Shown here piece by piece: positions 16,358 through 25,557 of a DNA stretch of 64,000 nt; within the stretch, counting starts at the first letter, position 1; each line of letters opens with the position of its first letter. Position numbers and translations under genes: made by a program. Where the stretch lies: positions 16,489-80,488 of the forward strand of contig JANLYQ010000072.1 of assembly GCA_031365725.1 (NCBI GenBank), read 5' to 3'. The notes under the pieces are model-generated. The model did not search any database. It was not told where the DNA came from and worked only from the letters and a program-made list of their open reading frames with translations. Source of the DNA: Sporichthyaceae bacterium. Lineage in GTDB: Bacteria; Actinomycetota; Actinomycetes; JACCUZ01.

Positions 16358-19218
16358 GACCGCTGCCCCGGCCGGGCCGCGAGACCGCGCGCGAAGAACC
16401 GATCCACGACGTCCTGGGCGGCCGCGCCCGTCTCGAACTCGCAGAACCGCTGCTGGAAGTCGGCGTAGCGATCGGCCCACTGCTCCGGCCGCTCCTGCAC
16501 CTCGCGCAGCGCCTCGATCAATCCTGCGGTGTCTTCGACCACTGGGCCCGGCGCGATGTCGGGCAGGTCGAGATAGGTGCCACGCTCGTCGCGGACGTAG
16601 TCCTCGTAGTCGTAGGTGTAGAACACCATCGGCTTGCCCGTGTTGGCGAAGTCGAACATCACCGAGGAATAGTCGGTCACCAGGACGTCCGCGACGAGCA
16701 TCAGCTCGGTCACGTCGTGCACCAGCGACACGTCGGCGACGAACGGGTCGTAGCGCGCCGACAGCTTGTAGCGGTCGAGGTAGTGGGTGCGCAGCATGAG
16801 GAACGAGTCATCGCCGAGCGAACGGCGCATGAGCTCGAGGTCCATCGGCAGGTCGTACTCCTTCTGCAGCCGACGGGCCCGGTCCCGGAAGGTCGGGCAG
16901 TACAGCACCAGCCGCCGGTCGGTCGGTAGCTGTAGCTGCTGCTTCTTGGCCAGCACCCAAGCCGGGTCTGCGCCGCGCACCAGGAAATCGTTGCGGGGCA
17001 AGCCTCTACGCACCAGCTCGCCCTCGTAGCCGTAAGACGTCACGAAGGTCTCGACGAAGTACTCGCTCGGCACCAGCAACGCGCTCCAGCGCCGCATCAT
17101 CGTCTTGTGCTGCTTTCGCACCGATGCTGAGGCCCGCTCCAGCGCCGGCGAGTCGAAGCCCATCCGCTTGAGCGGAGTGCCGTGCCAGGTCTGGACGTAG
17201 GTCGTCTCACGACGCCGGTTGAACATCCGCGGCAGTCCCTGGTTGTCCACCCAGAACTCCGCTCGCGCCAGGTCGTAGAGGTAGCGCCAGCTCTCGCGCT
17301 TGACCAGACGGGCACCCTCGGGAAAGCCGCGCTTGCTGCGGGCGTAGGACCACACCGGCTGAAGGCCCAGCCGGTCCAACCCGGTAGCCACCGCCGCCTC
17401 GTAGATGTAGCGCGGGCTGTCGCTGTACTGCAGGCCCATGTGCGACTCGAACACGGCGAGACCGGGCGTGACCGGCAGCTTGCGGAACAGCCGGTAGGCC
17501 TGCTTCTTCAAGGTCGGGTTGTTGCCGATCGCGCGCTTGGACCGCCAGCGGACCGAGTTGGTGACCCGCCCCGCCAGCAACGCCGCCTGCGCGTCAGCCT
17601 CGGTGCCTCCGACGTCGGGCAGCTGACGGAACGCCAGGTTGAGCCGGACCGTGGCGAAAGCCTCGACCTGACCGCGGGCCGCACCACCGAGGCGGGCGCG
17701 CACGGTGATGGGTCGTCCCGTGATGGCGGTCGGGTCCACCGACACCGGGCTGATGTTGACCTCCTCGCCGTTGCGGATGCGCATTGCGACATCCCACACC
17801 GGGTGCAGCTGGTCGAGGCGGCCGAGCGCCGCGTCCAGGTCGATCACGGTGCGGTAGTGCAGCCGCTTGCCCTCGATCCACCAGTCGCGCACGGGCTTGG
17901 CCCGGTGCGGACCGGTCCGGGCCCGGTTGTTCAGCTCGATGGAGAGCTCGAGGTCGTCACCCGGCGTGATCCGGCCGAGCGGGATGACCACCTGGCCCTG
18001 GATGCGCACGGTGGACCCGACGAGCTCGCCGGCGGTGATGAGGTTGTGCAGGACCAGCCGGCTGAACGGCAGCCGGTGGAACCCCATCTCGGTAACGTCC
18101 ATGACGGCACGGTCGTGCTCGGTGTCGAGGTACTTGTCCGACCAGAACACCCGTCCGTCCCGCTCGACGAGGTCGGTCGAGAGCGCGAAGCCGTGCCGCA
18201 GGTAGTCGACTGTCTTGAGGGTCTCTTCCACGTCGCGACGTCTGATCATGGCGACACAGATCCGCTCGACCGGATACACGAGGTCGAGGGTCTTCTCGCT
18301 GATGGTCTCGAGGTAGTCCGCCGCAAGGTCCATGAACTTGCGCTGGTAGTCCTCGTCGCGCTCGGGCAGGTCCGACAGATAGAGCTTGAGGTCGTGCCGG
18401 ATGAACTTGAAGTCCTTGTGCACCTTCAGATCGCCCGACCCGTGCTCACGCAGGAAGTCATCCATCATCCGGTGCACGGCGATGCGGTCGCGGAAGTTCT
18501 CGAACTCGTGCCGACGCTGGGTGATCGACGCCGCGTCTGCGTCCTCCACCACCCGCCAGTAGTAGATGACGTTGGGCACGACCGCGATCACCTTGGCCTG
18601 GCAGTAGACCTTGGTGGAGAACAGCGAGTCCTCGTAGTGAATGCCTTCGGGGAAGGTGATGCCGTTCTCGCGCAGGAAGTCACGCCGGTAGATCTTGTTG
18701 GTCGACAGCGGGTCGAAGAAGAGCAACGGGTTCTCGCGGATGCCGTTGTAGGTCACCCGCCGGGTGAACAGCTCCTTGACCCAGCCGGTCTCCCGGTCCC
18801 GGGTGAGGTTGACCCGCACCACCTGACCAGCCACCACGTCCGCGCCGGTGCGCTCGGCCGCGAGCAGCATGTTCTTGCAGGCGTGCCGCTCGAACACGTC
18901 GTCGCTGTCGAGGAACATCACGTAGGGCGCCCGCGCGTGCTCGAGCCCGACGTTACGTGGCCGGCTGCAGCCACCACTGTTGCTCGGCAGCTGTACGACG
19001 GTCAGCCGGGCATCCTCGCGTGCCATGGCCTCGGCCACCGCGACCGAGTCGTCGGAGGAAGCGTCGTCGACCACCACCACCTCGAGGTTGCGCAGCGACT
19101 GGTCCAGCACCGAACGGATGGCCGAGGGCAGGTTGGCGCTGTCGTTGTAGCCGATCAGCACCACCGTGACGTCGGGGGTCGCTCGGGCGGGGATGGGCCG
19201 GGTGGGCATGTGCACCAC
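16354..19218 (-). CDS. bifunctional glycosyltransferase family 2 / CDP-glycerol glycerophosphotransferase (TagF/TagB-like) protein
   Basis: N-terminal GT2: VTVVLIGYNDSANL, VVVVDDASSDDS, YVMFLDSDDVF. C-terminal Glyphos_transf domain: VFESHMGLQYSDSPRYIYE, YVQTWHGTPLKRMG, VLVTDYSSVMFDF. Confidence 0.85.
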   Translation of the reverse strand: MVHMPTRPIPARATPDVTVVLIGYNDSANLPSAIRSVLDQSLRNLEVVVVDDASSDDSVAVAEAMAREDARLTVVQLPSNSGGCSRPRNVGLEHARAPYVMFLDSDDVFERHACKNMLLAAERTGADVVAGQVVRVNLTRDRETGWVKELFTRRVTYNGIRENPLLFFDPLSTNKIYRRDFLRENGITFPEGIHYEDSLFSTKVYCQAKVIAVVPNVIYYWRVVEDADAASITQRRHEFENFRDRIAVHRMMDDFLREHGSGDLKVHKDFKFIRHDLKLYLSDLPERDEDYQRKFMDLAADYLETISEKTLDLVYPVERICVAMIRRRDVEETLKTVDYLRHGFALSTDLVERDGRVFWSDKYLDTEHDRAVMDVTEMGFHRLPFSRLVLHNLITAGELVGSTVRIQGQVVIPLGRITPGDDLELSIELNNRARTGPHRAKPVRDWWIEGKRLHYRTVIDLDAALGRLDQLHPVWDVAMRIRNGEEVNISPVSVDPTAITGRPITVRARLGGAARGQVEAFATVRLNLAFRQLPDVGGTEADAQAALLAGRVTNSVRWRSKRAIGNNPTLKKQAYRLFRKLPVTPGLAVFESHMGLQYSDSPRYIYEAAVATGLDRLGLQPVWSYARSKRGFPEGARLVKRESWRYLYDLARAEFWVDNQGLPRMFNRRRETTYVQTWHGTPLKRMGFDSPALERASASVRKQHKTMMRRWSALLVPSEYFVETFVTSYGYEGELVRRGLPRNDFLVRGADPAWVLAKKQQLQLPTDRRLVLYCPTFRDRARRLQKEYDLPMDLELMRRSLGDDSFLMLRTHYLDRYKLSARYDPFVADVSLVHDVTELMLVADVLVTDYSSVMFDFANTGKPMVFYTYDYEDYVRDERGTYLDLPDIAPGPVVEDTAGLIEALREVQERPEQWADRYADFQQRFCEFETGAAAQDVVDRFFARGLAARPGQRS

Positions 19219-19270
19219 CTCTCATGTGTCGTCGGGTGAGTGGCATCGGGTGAGGTGAGTCGGGTGTCCC

Positions 19271-20140
19271 TCACACCACCGGCGGTCGTCCCGCCAGCGT
19301 GAGCCGCCAGACCGTCGACCAGCGCATGACCCGCCGCGGTCCGGCGCCCGGCCCGAAGCCCTCGCGGAAGCCGGCGAACCACTCCCGCAGCAGCCGCGGC
19401 GAGCGCAGCCGGGCGACGGACACCAGCGTCCAGGTCGTCAGGTACATGACGATCAGCGGCGCAGGGAGGTTCCGGCGGGCCACCCAGACGCGGTTGCGCG
19501 CGTTGTTGCGGAGGTAGGCCGCGTGCCGGGCCGGTGAGGTGGCCGGATGGTTCATCACCACGTCCGGGGCGTACCAGGTGGTGAAGTCCTCGTCCCAGAT
19601 CCGCCAGACGAGCTCGATGCCCTCGTGGCCGTAGAAGAAGTGCCCCGGCCAGCCACCGACCCGGTGGAACAGCTCGGCCCGCACGACGAACGTGCCCTCC
19701 CAGATCCAGCCCACCACTCCTGCCCGCAGCGGGTCACGGCCACCGGGTCGCGGAACCCACCGCGAGGGCGAGGGCGCCCCCCCGGGGTCGACCGGACGCG
19801 GCTGCACGGCACCCACCTCGGGCTGCCGCTCCAGCACTGCACAGAGCCGCGAGAGCACGTCGGTGGTCGGGAGGTAGGCATCATCGTCGTAGAAGAAGAG
19901 CACGTCGCCGCGCGCCTCGGCGGCCCCGACGTTGCGCCCCTCGGGGATGCCGACGTTCTCGGGCAGGTGAACGCTGCGCACGCCCGCCGGCAGGCCCACC
20001 GGCTCCCACCCGTTGCCCACGACCACCACGTCGAGGTCGACGTCCTCCTGCGCCAACAACGAGGCCAGTGCCCGCGGGAACTCCCGCGGCCGGGTGCCCA
20101 TGCTCAGCACCACGGCGCCGACCCGGGGACGAGTGCTCAT
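19271..20140 (-). CDS. glycosyltransferase family 2
   Basis: VGAVVLSMGTRPREF, VVVVGNGWEP, LFFYDDDAYL (DXD). ATG start overlaps the upstream TGA (ATGA at 20137-20140). Confidence 0.75.
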   Translation of the reverse strand: MSTRPRVGAVVLSMGTRPREFPRALASLLAQEDVDLDVVVVGNGWEPVGLPAGVRSVHLPENVGIPEGRNVGAAEARGDVLFFYDDDAYLPTTDVLSRLCAVLERQPEVGAVQPRPVDPGGAPSPSRWVPRPGGRDPLRAGVVGWIWEGTFVVRAELFHRVGGWPGHFFYGHEGIELVWRIWDEDFTTWYAPDVVMNHPATSPARHAAYLRNNARNRVWVARRNLPAPLIVMYLTTWTLVSVARLRSPRLLREWFAGFREGFGPGAGPRRVMRWSTVWRLTLAGRPPVV

Positions 20141-20946
20141 CGCAGCCGGCTCGAGGTGAGGATCGCCGCGAGGTGACCGGTGACGGTGACGACAGCGACC
20201 GGCAGGAGGACCAGCACGACCACCCGCGTGACCTCCACACCGCCACCGGTGAGCACGTCACCGATCGCCGCGACGAACGCCAGCAACGTCATCTCGATCG
20301 AGTGGAACACCCGGTGGAACGGCAGGTACCGTGCGAGCGAGCGCAGCCGACGCAGCAGCGACACCTGGGGTGTTGCCTCGCCGGCGTTGTCCTCGAGCTT
20401 CATCAGGCCGCTGGCGGTCCGCGCCAGGTGCACCCCGTCGTTGAGCGACTTGTTGACCAGCACCAGCACCGCGAGCACCGCGCCCAGCGTCGTCCAGCCG
20501 CCGATGGACCGGACACCCCCGTCAGCTCGTACACCGAGGGCCAGCGGGATCGCGCTCTCGGCGACCGTGTGGCCGAGCTTGTCGAGGAAGAACCCGGCCG
20601 GGGAGAAGGTCTGCCGCCACCGCGCCACCTCACCGTCGCAGCAGTCCCACAGCATCTGCAGCTGGCCGAGCAGCATCGCGAGGACGGCACCGGCAAGGCC
20701 CGGCACCAGCAGCGCGGCGCCGGCCGCCGCGCCCGTGAGGATCATCAGCACGGTCACCGCATTGGCGGTGAGCGCGGTGCCGATCAGCACGCGGGTGAGG
20801 TACGGCGACAGCCGGCGCTGGTAGAGGTCGGCCGTCCAGTGCTCGGAGTTGCGTCGGCCCCGGATCGCGGGGGGCTGGGTCACCGCGCGCAGCTCGGCGA
20901 TGGTGGGCCGCTCAGCCACCGGGTGCCCCGACGCTGACGGGCGCAC
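20137..20946 (-). CDS. CDP-alcohol phosphatidyltransferase family protein; last Asp of the signature replaced by His
   Basis: D-x2-DG-x2-AR-x8-G-x3-D-x3-H: DCCDGEVARWRQTFSPAGFFLDKLGH; 5-6 TM helices. Overlaps the upstream gene by ~35 nt if the ATG at 20946 is used. Confidence 0.7.
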   Translation of the reverse strand: MRPSASGHPVAERPTIAELRAVTQPPAIRGRRNSEHWTADLYQRRLSPYLTRVLIGTALTANAVTVLMILTGAAAGAALLVPGLAGAVLAMLLGQLQMLWDCCDGEVARWRQTFSPAGFFLDKLGHTVAESAIPLALGVRADGGVRSIGGWTTLGAVLAVLVLVNKSLNDGVHLARTASGLMKLEDNAGEATPQVSLLRRLRSLARYLPFHRVFHSIEMTLLAFVAAIGDVLTGGGVEVTRVVVLVLLPVAVVTVTGHLAAILTSSRLR

Positions 20947-22786
20947 GATCGGGCCGTCGGCGCACCTCGCGCAGCACTCTCGTCGGCTCGACCACGAGGA
21001 AGAGCATGCCGAGCCCGGCGACCAGCACCCACAGGCCCCCCCGGGCGAGCGCGGGCGCCGGGCCGGGCAGCAGAGTCGCGGCGAGCGCCAGCAGACCGAG
21101 CACGGCCAGCCGTCCGGCGAAGCCCAGGCCGGCAGCCACGGTCGCCGGTGGCGGTGGCGTCAGCCGGTGCAGGACCCGGTAGAGCTCGTCGTAGTGGTGC
21201 GAGGCGACCACCAGCAGCAGCAGGAAGGTGGCCGCAGGGACCCTGTCACGCACCCCGAGCGCGGCCGCAAGCGCGAGCAGGCCGCCGTACTCGGTGAGAC
21301 GGAGCAAGGGCGGACGCAGCCACAACCACCGCGAGGTGCCCTCCGGCGGCCCGGCGAGACGCCCCGCGACCCGGACGGGCACCAAGGCCCCGGCATCGAC
21401 CTGGGCCAGCACGATGGCTTTCTCGCGCGGGGAGACGGGGGGCGCCGGCCACGAGCGGGCACGCAGCACCCGGCCCACCGACGTGTAGCCCAGCGACACC
21501 AACGCCAGACCCAGCAGCACAGCGAGGGCCAGCAGCGGGAGCCCGAGAGCGGCCAGCAGCGAGAGCACCAGCCACCGCTCGCCGATACCCAGGTGCAGCA
21601 GCTTCTTGACCGTGGTGACACCGCGGCGATCGCCGGCGCGGCGCGACTGCTCGACGGCGCGCGCGGCACGCGCGTCACCGCACACCGGTGCGGCAGCCAC
21701 GTCGGAGCGGGTGTCCAGCGGCAGCGCGACGACGACGGTCTCGCGCAGCTCCTTGACCGCGGTGAAGGTGTAGTCGACCGTGTGCCGCGCCGTCTGCACC
21801 GTGAGCAGGGCAGCGGCCAGCCACCAGGCGCCGCGGCCCGCCAAGTGCCCCGAGAGGGGCGTGGCGCCCCAGCCGACCGACACACCCCAGGCGAGGCCGC
21901 CGTAGCAGGCGAATTCCTTCAGCCGGTCGGTCGACGCATCCAGCCACGCCCCGGTGGCGGAGAATGCCCGGCGATAGCGCGCGACCTCACCGTCGACGCA
22001 GTCGAGCACGAACGACGTCTGCATCAGCAGCGCGCCGACGAGCAGCGCCGGACGGGTGCCGAGCGCGAAGGACCCGGCCGCGGCCAGGCCGAGGACGACC
22101 GACCCGGCGGTCACCTGGTTGGGACTGAGCTCGAGACGAAGCGCCAGCGGCGTCAGCCGCCGCGACAGCGGCCGGTGCAGCAGGGTCGCCGTCACGCCGT
22201 CGTCGGCCTTCGTGGCTCTGGCGAGCCGGGCAGCATGCACCTCGTGCGGGGTGAGCGCGTCCAGCCGCAGCTGCAGACCCCGTGCCGGGTCGTCAGCGCG
22301 GGACCACTCCCACGGATCGAGCAGCACGGTGGCCACGGCCACCTCGCGGCGCACGAGAGCGAGCAGCAGAAAGGCGAGCGGGTCTCCGGTCCAGCCGCGC
22401 ACCCGGGCCAGCTCGGCGACGCTGCGTGCCACGGCTGCGGCCGGACCGCGATCGACGGCCGCGACGCGAAGTGCGCCGGCAAAGGCAGTGTCCACGTCGT
22501 ACGCCGAGTGGACCGCCGTCGCCACCCCGACCACCCGACCGGCCCGCACCCGGAGGTCAGGCGGGTAGTCGGCTGCGCGGCTGACCAGAGCCATCGTCGC
22601 GGACCGAGGGTCTTCGGCGAGGTCGGCCAACGCCGCCGGGTGCACCTGCAGGTTGCTCGACACCAGCAGCACCGGGCCGCCGGCCGCCGGGTCCGGCGAA
22701 GCAGGCAGGTCCAGTGCAGCGGCCAGGTCCGACAGCCCGGTCGCGAGGTCCGGGGGGGCTGGGTCCACCGCGACCGGCGCGCTCAC
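20912..22786 (-). CDS. IPCT/DIPPS-like fusion: degenerate N-terminal nucleotidyltransferase-like domain + complete CDP-alcohol phosphotransferase domain + extra C-terminal TM region
   Basis: CDP-OH signature complete (DCVDGEVARYRRAFSATGAWLDASTD). N-terminal ~230 aa retain IPCT-like blocks (DVDTAFAGALRVAAVD; WEWSRADDPARGLQLRLDAL) but lack the G-x-G-x-R-L NTP-binding loop. GTG start at 22784-22786 overlaps the TGA of the ABC ATPase gene (GTGA). The track ORF start at 22975 would overlap that gene by 190 nt. Confidence 0.65.
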   Translation of the reverse strand: MSAPVAVDPAPPDLATGLSDLAAALDLPASPDPAAGGPVLLVSSNLQVHPAALADLAEDPRSATMALVSRAADYPPDLRVRAGRVVGVATAVHSAYDVDTAFAGALRVAAVDRGPAAAVARSVAELARVRGWTGDPLAFLLLALVRREVAVATVLLDPWEWSRADDPARGLQLRLDALTPHEVHAARLARATKADDGVTATLLHRPLSRRLTPLALRLELSPNQVTAGSVVLGLAAAGSFALGTRPALLVGALLMQTSFVLDCVDGEVARYRRAFSATGAWLDASTDRLKEFACYGGLAWGVSVGWGATPLSGHLAGRGAWWLAAALLTVQTARHTVDYTFTAVKELRETVVVALPLDTRSDVAAAPVCGDARAARAVEQSRRAGDRRGVTTVKKLLHLGIGERWLVLSLLAALGLPLLALAVLLGLALVSLGYTSVGRVLRARSWPAPPVSPREKAIVLAQVDAGALVPVRVAGRLAGPPEGTSRWLWLRPPLLRLTEYGGLLALAAALGVRDRVPAATFLLLLVVASHHYDELYRVLHRLTPPPPATVAAGLGFAGRLAVLGLLALAATLLPGPAPALARGGLWVLVAGLGMLFLVVEPTRVLREVRRRPDRAPVSVGAPGG

Positions 22787-23571
22787 TTCCGGGTCCGCCG
22801 GTCCGCGTCCTCCTGGTACTGCCCGAGCGCGTCGTCCAAGGAGCCGTCGGTCACCAGCGCGCCGGCGTTGAGGTAGAGCCCCCGGGTACAGAACCGGCGC
22901 AGGTCGCCCTCGCTGTGCGAGACGAGGAACAGCGTCTTGCCCCCGGAGAGCATCTCGTTCATGCGGCCGTAGCACTTCTCCCGGAAGGCACGGTCGCCGA
23001 CGGCCAGCACCTCGTCGACGAGCACGATCGGCTCGTCGAGAGTGGTGATGACCGAGAAGCCGAGGCGCACCTTCATGCCGGAGGAGAAGTGCCGGAACGG
23101 TGTGTCGAGGAAGTCGCCCACCTCGGCGAAGTCGACGATCTCGTCGAACCGCTCGTTGATCGCGCGGCGCGAGAGGCCGTGCAGACCGGCCGTCAGCCAG
23201 ATGTTGTCGCGGGCGGTGAGGTCGCCCTCGAAGCCACCGGTCACCTCGATCAGCGGGGCGACTCCCCCGGTGACGGCGATGCCGCCGGCATCCGGGATCA
23301 ACACGCCGGCGATCAGCTTGAGCAGCGTGCTCTTGCCCTGGCCGTTGGCCCCGACGAGACCGACCGCCTCGCCCTGACCGACGGTGAAGGACACGTCTTT
23401 CAAGGCCCAGAAGCCACCGGTGCGTGGCTTGCGCTTGCCCCGCGCCGCCGCAGGGGTGATGACACCAGGCGGTTCTTCGCTGGCGAACATGTCGCGCAGA
23501 CGACGGTGCCGGCGACGGTTGCGCTTGAAGTAGATGCCGAGGTTCTGGGCCTCGATGACGGGTGCGCCCAC
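22783..23571 (-). CDS. ABC transporter ATP-binding protein, TagH/polysaccharide-export type
   Basis: IEAQNLGIYFK (first beta strand), Walker A GLVGANGQGKST, signature FSSGMKVRLGFS, Walker B IVLVDEVLAVGD. GTG start at 23569-23571 is 2 nt after the permease stop. The track's long N-terminal extension (to 24138) overlaps the permease gene and is Arg-rich. Confidence 0.85.
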   Translation of the reverse strand: MGAPVIEAQNLGIYFKRNRRRHRRLRDMFASEEPPGVITPAAARGKRKPRTGGFWALKDVSFTVGQGEAVGLVGANGQGKSTLLKLIAGVLIPDAGGIAVTGGVAPLIEVTGGFEGDLTARDNIWLTAGLHGLSRRAINERFDEIVDFAEVGDFLDTPFRHFSSGMKVRLGFSVITTLDEPIVLVDEVLAVGDRAFREKCYGRMNEMLSGGKTLFLVSHSEGDLRRFCTRGLYLNAGALVTDGSLDDALGQYQEDADRRTRK

Positions 23572-23573
23572 CC

Positions 23574-24407
23574 TCAGATCTCCTTCAGGACGGCGCCCTC
23601 GAGCCGGCGGAACACCACCGCACCGGCGACGAACGTGACGACCGCGATGACGGCCGACACCGCAACCGCGCGCCAACCTGCCCACTGGTCGGGGAAGAAC
23701 GCCGTGCGGTAGAGGTCGAAGATGCCGGCGAACGGGTTGAGGATGTAGATGCGCGCGACCGCATGGCCCAGCCGGTGCTGCACATCCTGAGTGCCGTAGA
23801 TCACCGGCGAGAGGTAGAACAGCAGCCGCATGACGGCGTTGATCAGCCGCTCGACGTCGCCGTACAGGATGGCCAGCGGGGCGAGCAGAAGGCCGATGCC
23901 GACCAGGAGCAGGCTCTGGATGAGGAAGGCCAGCGGCGCGAACACGACGTACCAGCTCAGGTGCGCGTGCGTCACGACGGCGAAGAACACGATCACCGGC
24001 ACCGACAGCAGGAACTCGATCGCCTTGGACCCCACGGTGCGCAGCACCCAGATCTCGCGCGGCAGGTTGGTCGAGCGCACCAGCTTGGCGTCCTTGGACA
24101 GCGCGCGCATCGAGGCACGCATCGATCCGTTGGCCCACTGCCAGGGCAGCATCGCGCAGAGCAGGAAGACGATGTACGGCGTGTCACCGACCTGTCGCGT
24201 CATCAGCTTGGTGAAGACGAACCAGTAGACACCGGCGAGCATCAACGGGTCGAGGATCGACCAGAGATAGCCCAGCACCGAGTCGGAGAACTTGACCTTC
24301 AGGTCACGGGTGACCAGCAGGGCGAGGATTCGTCGCGCCCCCCACAGCACCGAGAACCGAGAGGGAGCCACCAGATGGGTCGGCGCCGAGAGGACCTGAC
24401 CAGCCAC
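23574..24407 (-). CDS. ABC-2 type transporter permease, TagG/polymer-export type
   Basis: 6 TM helices, ABC-2 motif region RDLKVKFSDSVLGYLWSILDPL; GTG start with GGGAG-like SD; paired with a TagH-like ATPase. Confidence 0.85.
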   Translation of the reverse strand: MAGQVLSAPTHLVAPSRFSVLWGARRILALLVTRDLKVKFSDSVLGYLWSILDPLMLAGVYWFVFTKLMTRQVGDTPYIVFLLCAMLPWQWANGSMRASMRALSKDAKLVRSTNLPREIWVLRTVGSKAIEFLLSVPVIVFFAVVTHAHLSWYVVFAPLAFLIQSLLLVGIGLLLAPLAILYGDVERLINAVMRLLFYLSPVIYGTQDVQHRLGHAVARIYILNPFAGIFDLYRTAFFPDQWAGWRAVAVSAVIAVVTFVAGAVVFRRLEGAVLKEI

Positions 24408-24501
24408 GTCTCTCCCACCCGGTGATCGCTTGCGGACTGCGAAACGCTATCACCGGGACCGCGGCAACGCCGCGGACCGGGACAGCGGTCGCGGGGTCGG
24501 T

Positions 24502-25557
24502 TCAGGCGTGCAGAGCGACGAACTCCTCGACCTTGCGGCGCACCGCCGGTGCGTCGAGGTCGAGGTGCTCGAGGATCGTGAAGCGGTCCGGCCGGGTGCT
24601 GGGGGCCAGCAACACCGCCTCGGCGAACTGGTCGTCCGACAGGCCGAGATCGGCCGGCAACCGCGGCAGCTCGTGGCGTCGCAGACAGGCGTCGACGAGC
24701 ATCCTCGACTCGTCGTCACCCCGCAGGAAGAAGGCGAACAGCGCCCCGATGCCGGCGAGCTCGCCGTGGTTGCCGGCCCCGGGGAAGAGCTGGTCGATCG
24801 CGTGCAGGATCTCGTGGTCGCTGCCGCTGCAGGGCCGGCTCGACCCCGCGGCCGCCATGGCCATGCCGGACAGGACCAGCGCCTCGGCCAACGCGGTGAG
24901 GAACCGGTCGGAGTCGATGCCGTCAGTGCGGTGCACCAGCGCCTCGGCCGCGGTACGGGCGAAGGTGACGGCCAGCCCGTCGACCGGCTCGCCGCGCTCG
25001 GCGCCCGCGAGCTCCCAGTCGGCGATGGCTGAGAGGTTGGAGACGGCGTCGCCGATGCCCGAGCGCACCATGCGCGGCGGCGAGGACCGCACGTAGTCGA
25101 GGTCGACGACCACCGCCATCGGCAGCACGACACCGAAGGACCCCTTGCCGCCCTCGTGCAGCAGCGAGCTGACCGGCGAGGCGATGCCGTCGTGAGCCAG
25201 GTTGGTGGCCACCGCCACCATCGGCAGGGCGAGGCGGGTCGCGGCGTACTTGGCGACGTCGAGGGTGCGACCGCCACCGATCCCGACCACGGCGTCGTAC
25301 GTCGTGCCGCGCAGCTGGGTCTGCAGCTCGCCGGCCGCCTCGAGACTGCCGCCGCGCACGGTGAAGATGTCGGCGTTGCCGAGGCTGGGCCGGATCTCCT
25401 CGACCAGGCGCTCACCCTGTCCGGGTCCGACGGCGACCGCGACATGCCCGCCGGCCGAGATGCGCTTGTCAGCCAGCAGGTCACCCAGACCGGAGACTGC
25501 CCCGGCCCGGATGTCGATGACCAGCGGGCTGAGCAGCATCCGGGCTAGTAGTGGCAC
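24502..25557 (-). CDS. iron-containing alcohol dehydrogenase / DHQS-like superfamily protein, putative sn-glycerol-1-phosphate dehydrogenase (EgsA/AraM family)
   Basis: 351 aa; nucleotide-binding GIGGGRTLDVAKYAA (GGG-x3-D-x2-K) and metal-ligand region typical of G1PDH-type enzymes. GTG at 25557 overlaps the upstream NTP-transferase by 13 nt; ATG at 25537-25539 (MLLSPLVIDIRAG) is an alternative start. Assignment within the superfamily is from recalled motifs only. Confidence 0.55.
   Translation of the reverse strand: MPLLARMLLSPLVIDIRAGAVSGLGDLLADKRISAGGHVAVAVGPGQGERLVEEIRPSLGNADIFTVRGGSLEAAGELQTQLRGTTYDAVVGIGGGRTLDVAKYAATRLALPMVAVATNLAHDGIASPVSSLLHEGGKGSFGVVLPMAVVVDLDYVRSSPPRMVRSGIGDAVSNLSAIADWELAGAERGEPVDGLAVTFARTAAEALVHRTDGIDSDRFLTALAEALVLSGMAMAAAGSSRPCSGSDHEILHAIDQLFPGAGNHGELAGIGALFAFFLRGDDESRMLVDACLRRHELPRLPADLGLSDDQFAEAVLLAPSTRPDRFTILEHLDLDAPAVRRKVEEFVALHA

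Noticed and set aside
17182-19239. 685-aa plus-strand ORF
   Set aside because: Antisense shadow of the GT2-TagF fusion gene.
20849-22876. 675-aa plus-strand ORF (also 22714..23712 and 23562..24425 on the plus strand)
   Set aside because: Antisense to the CDP-alcohol phosphotransferase and ABC genes, which carry unambiguous motifs.
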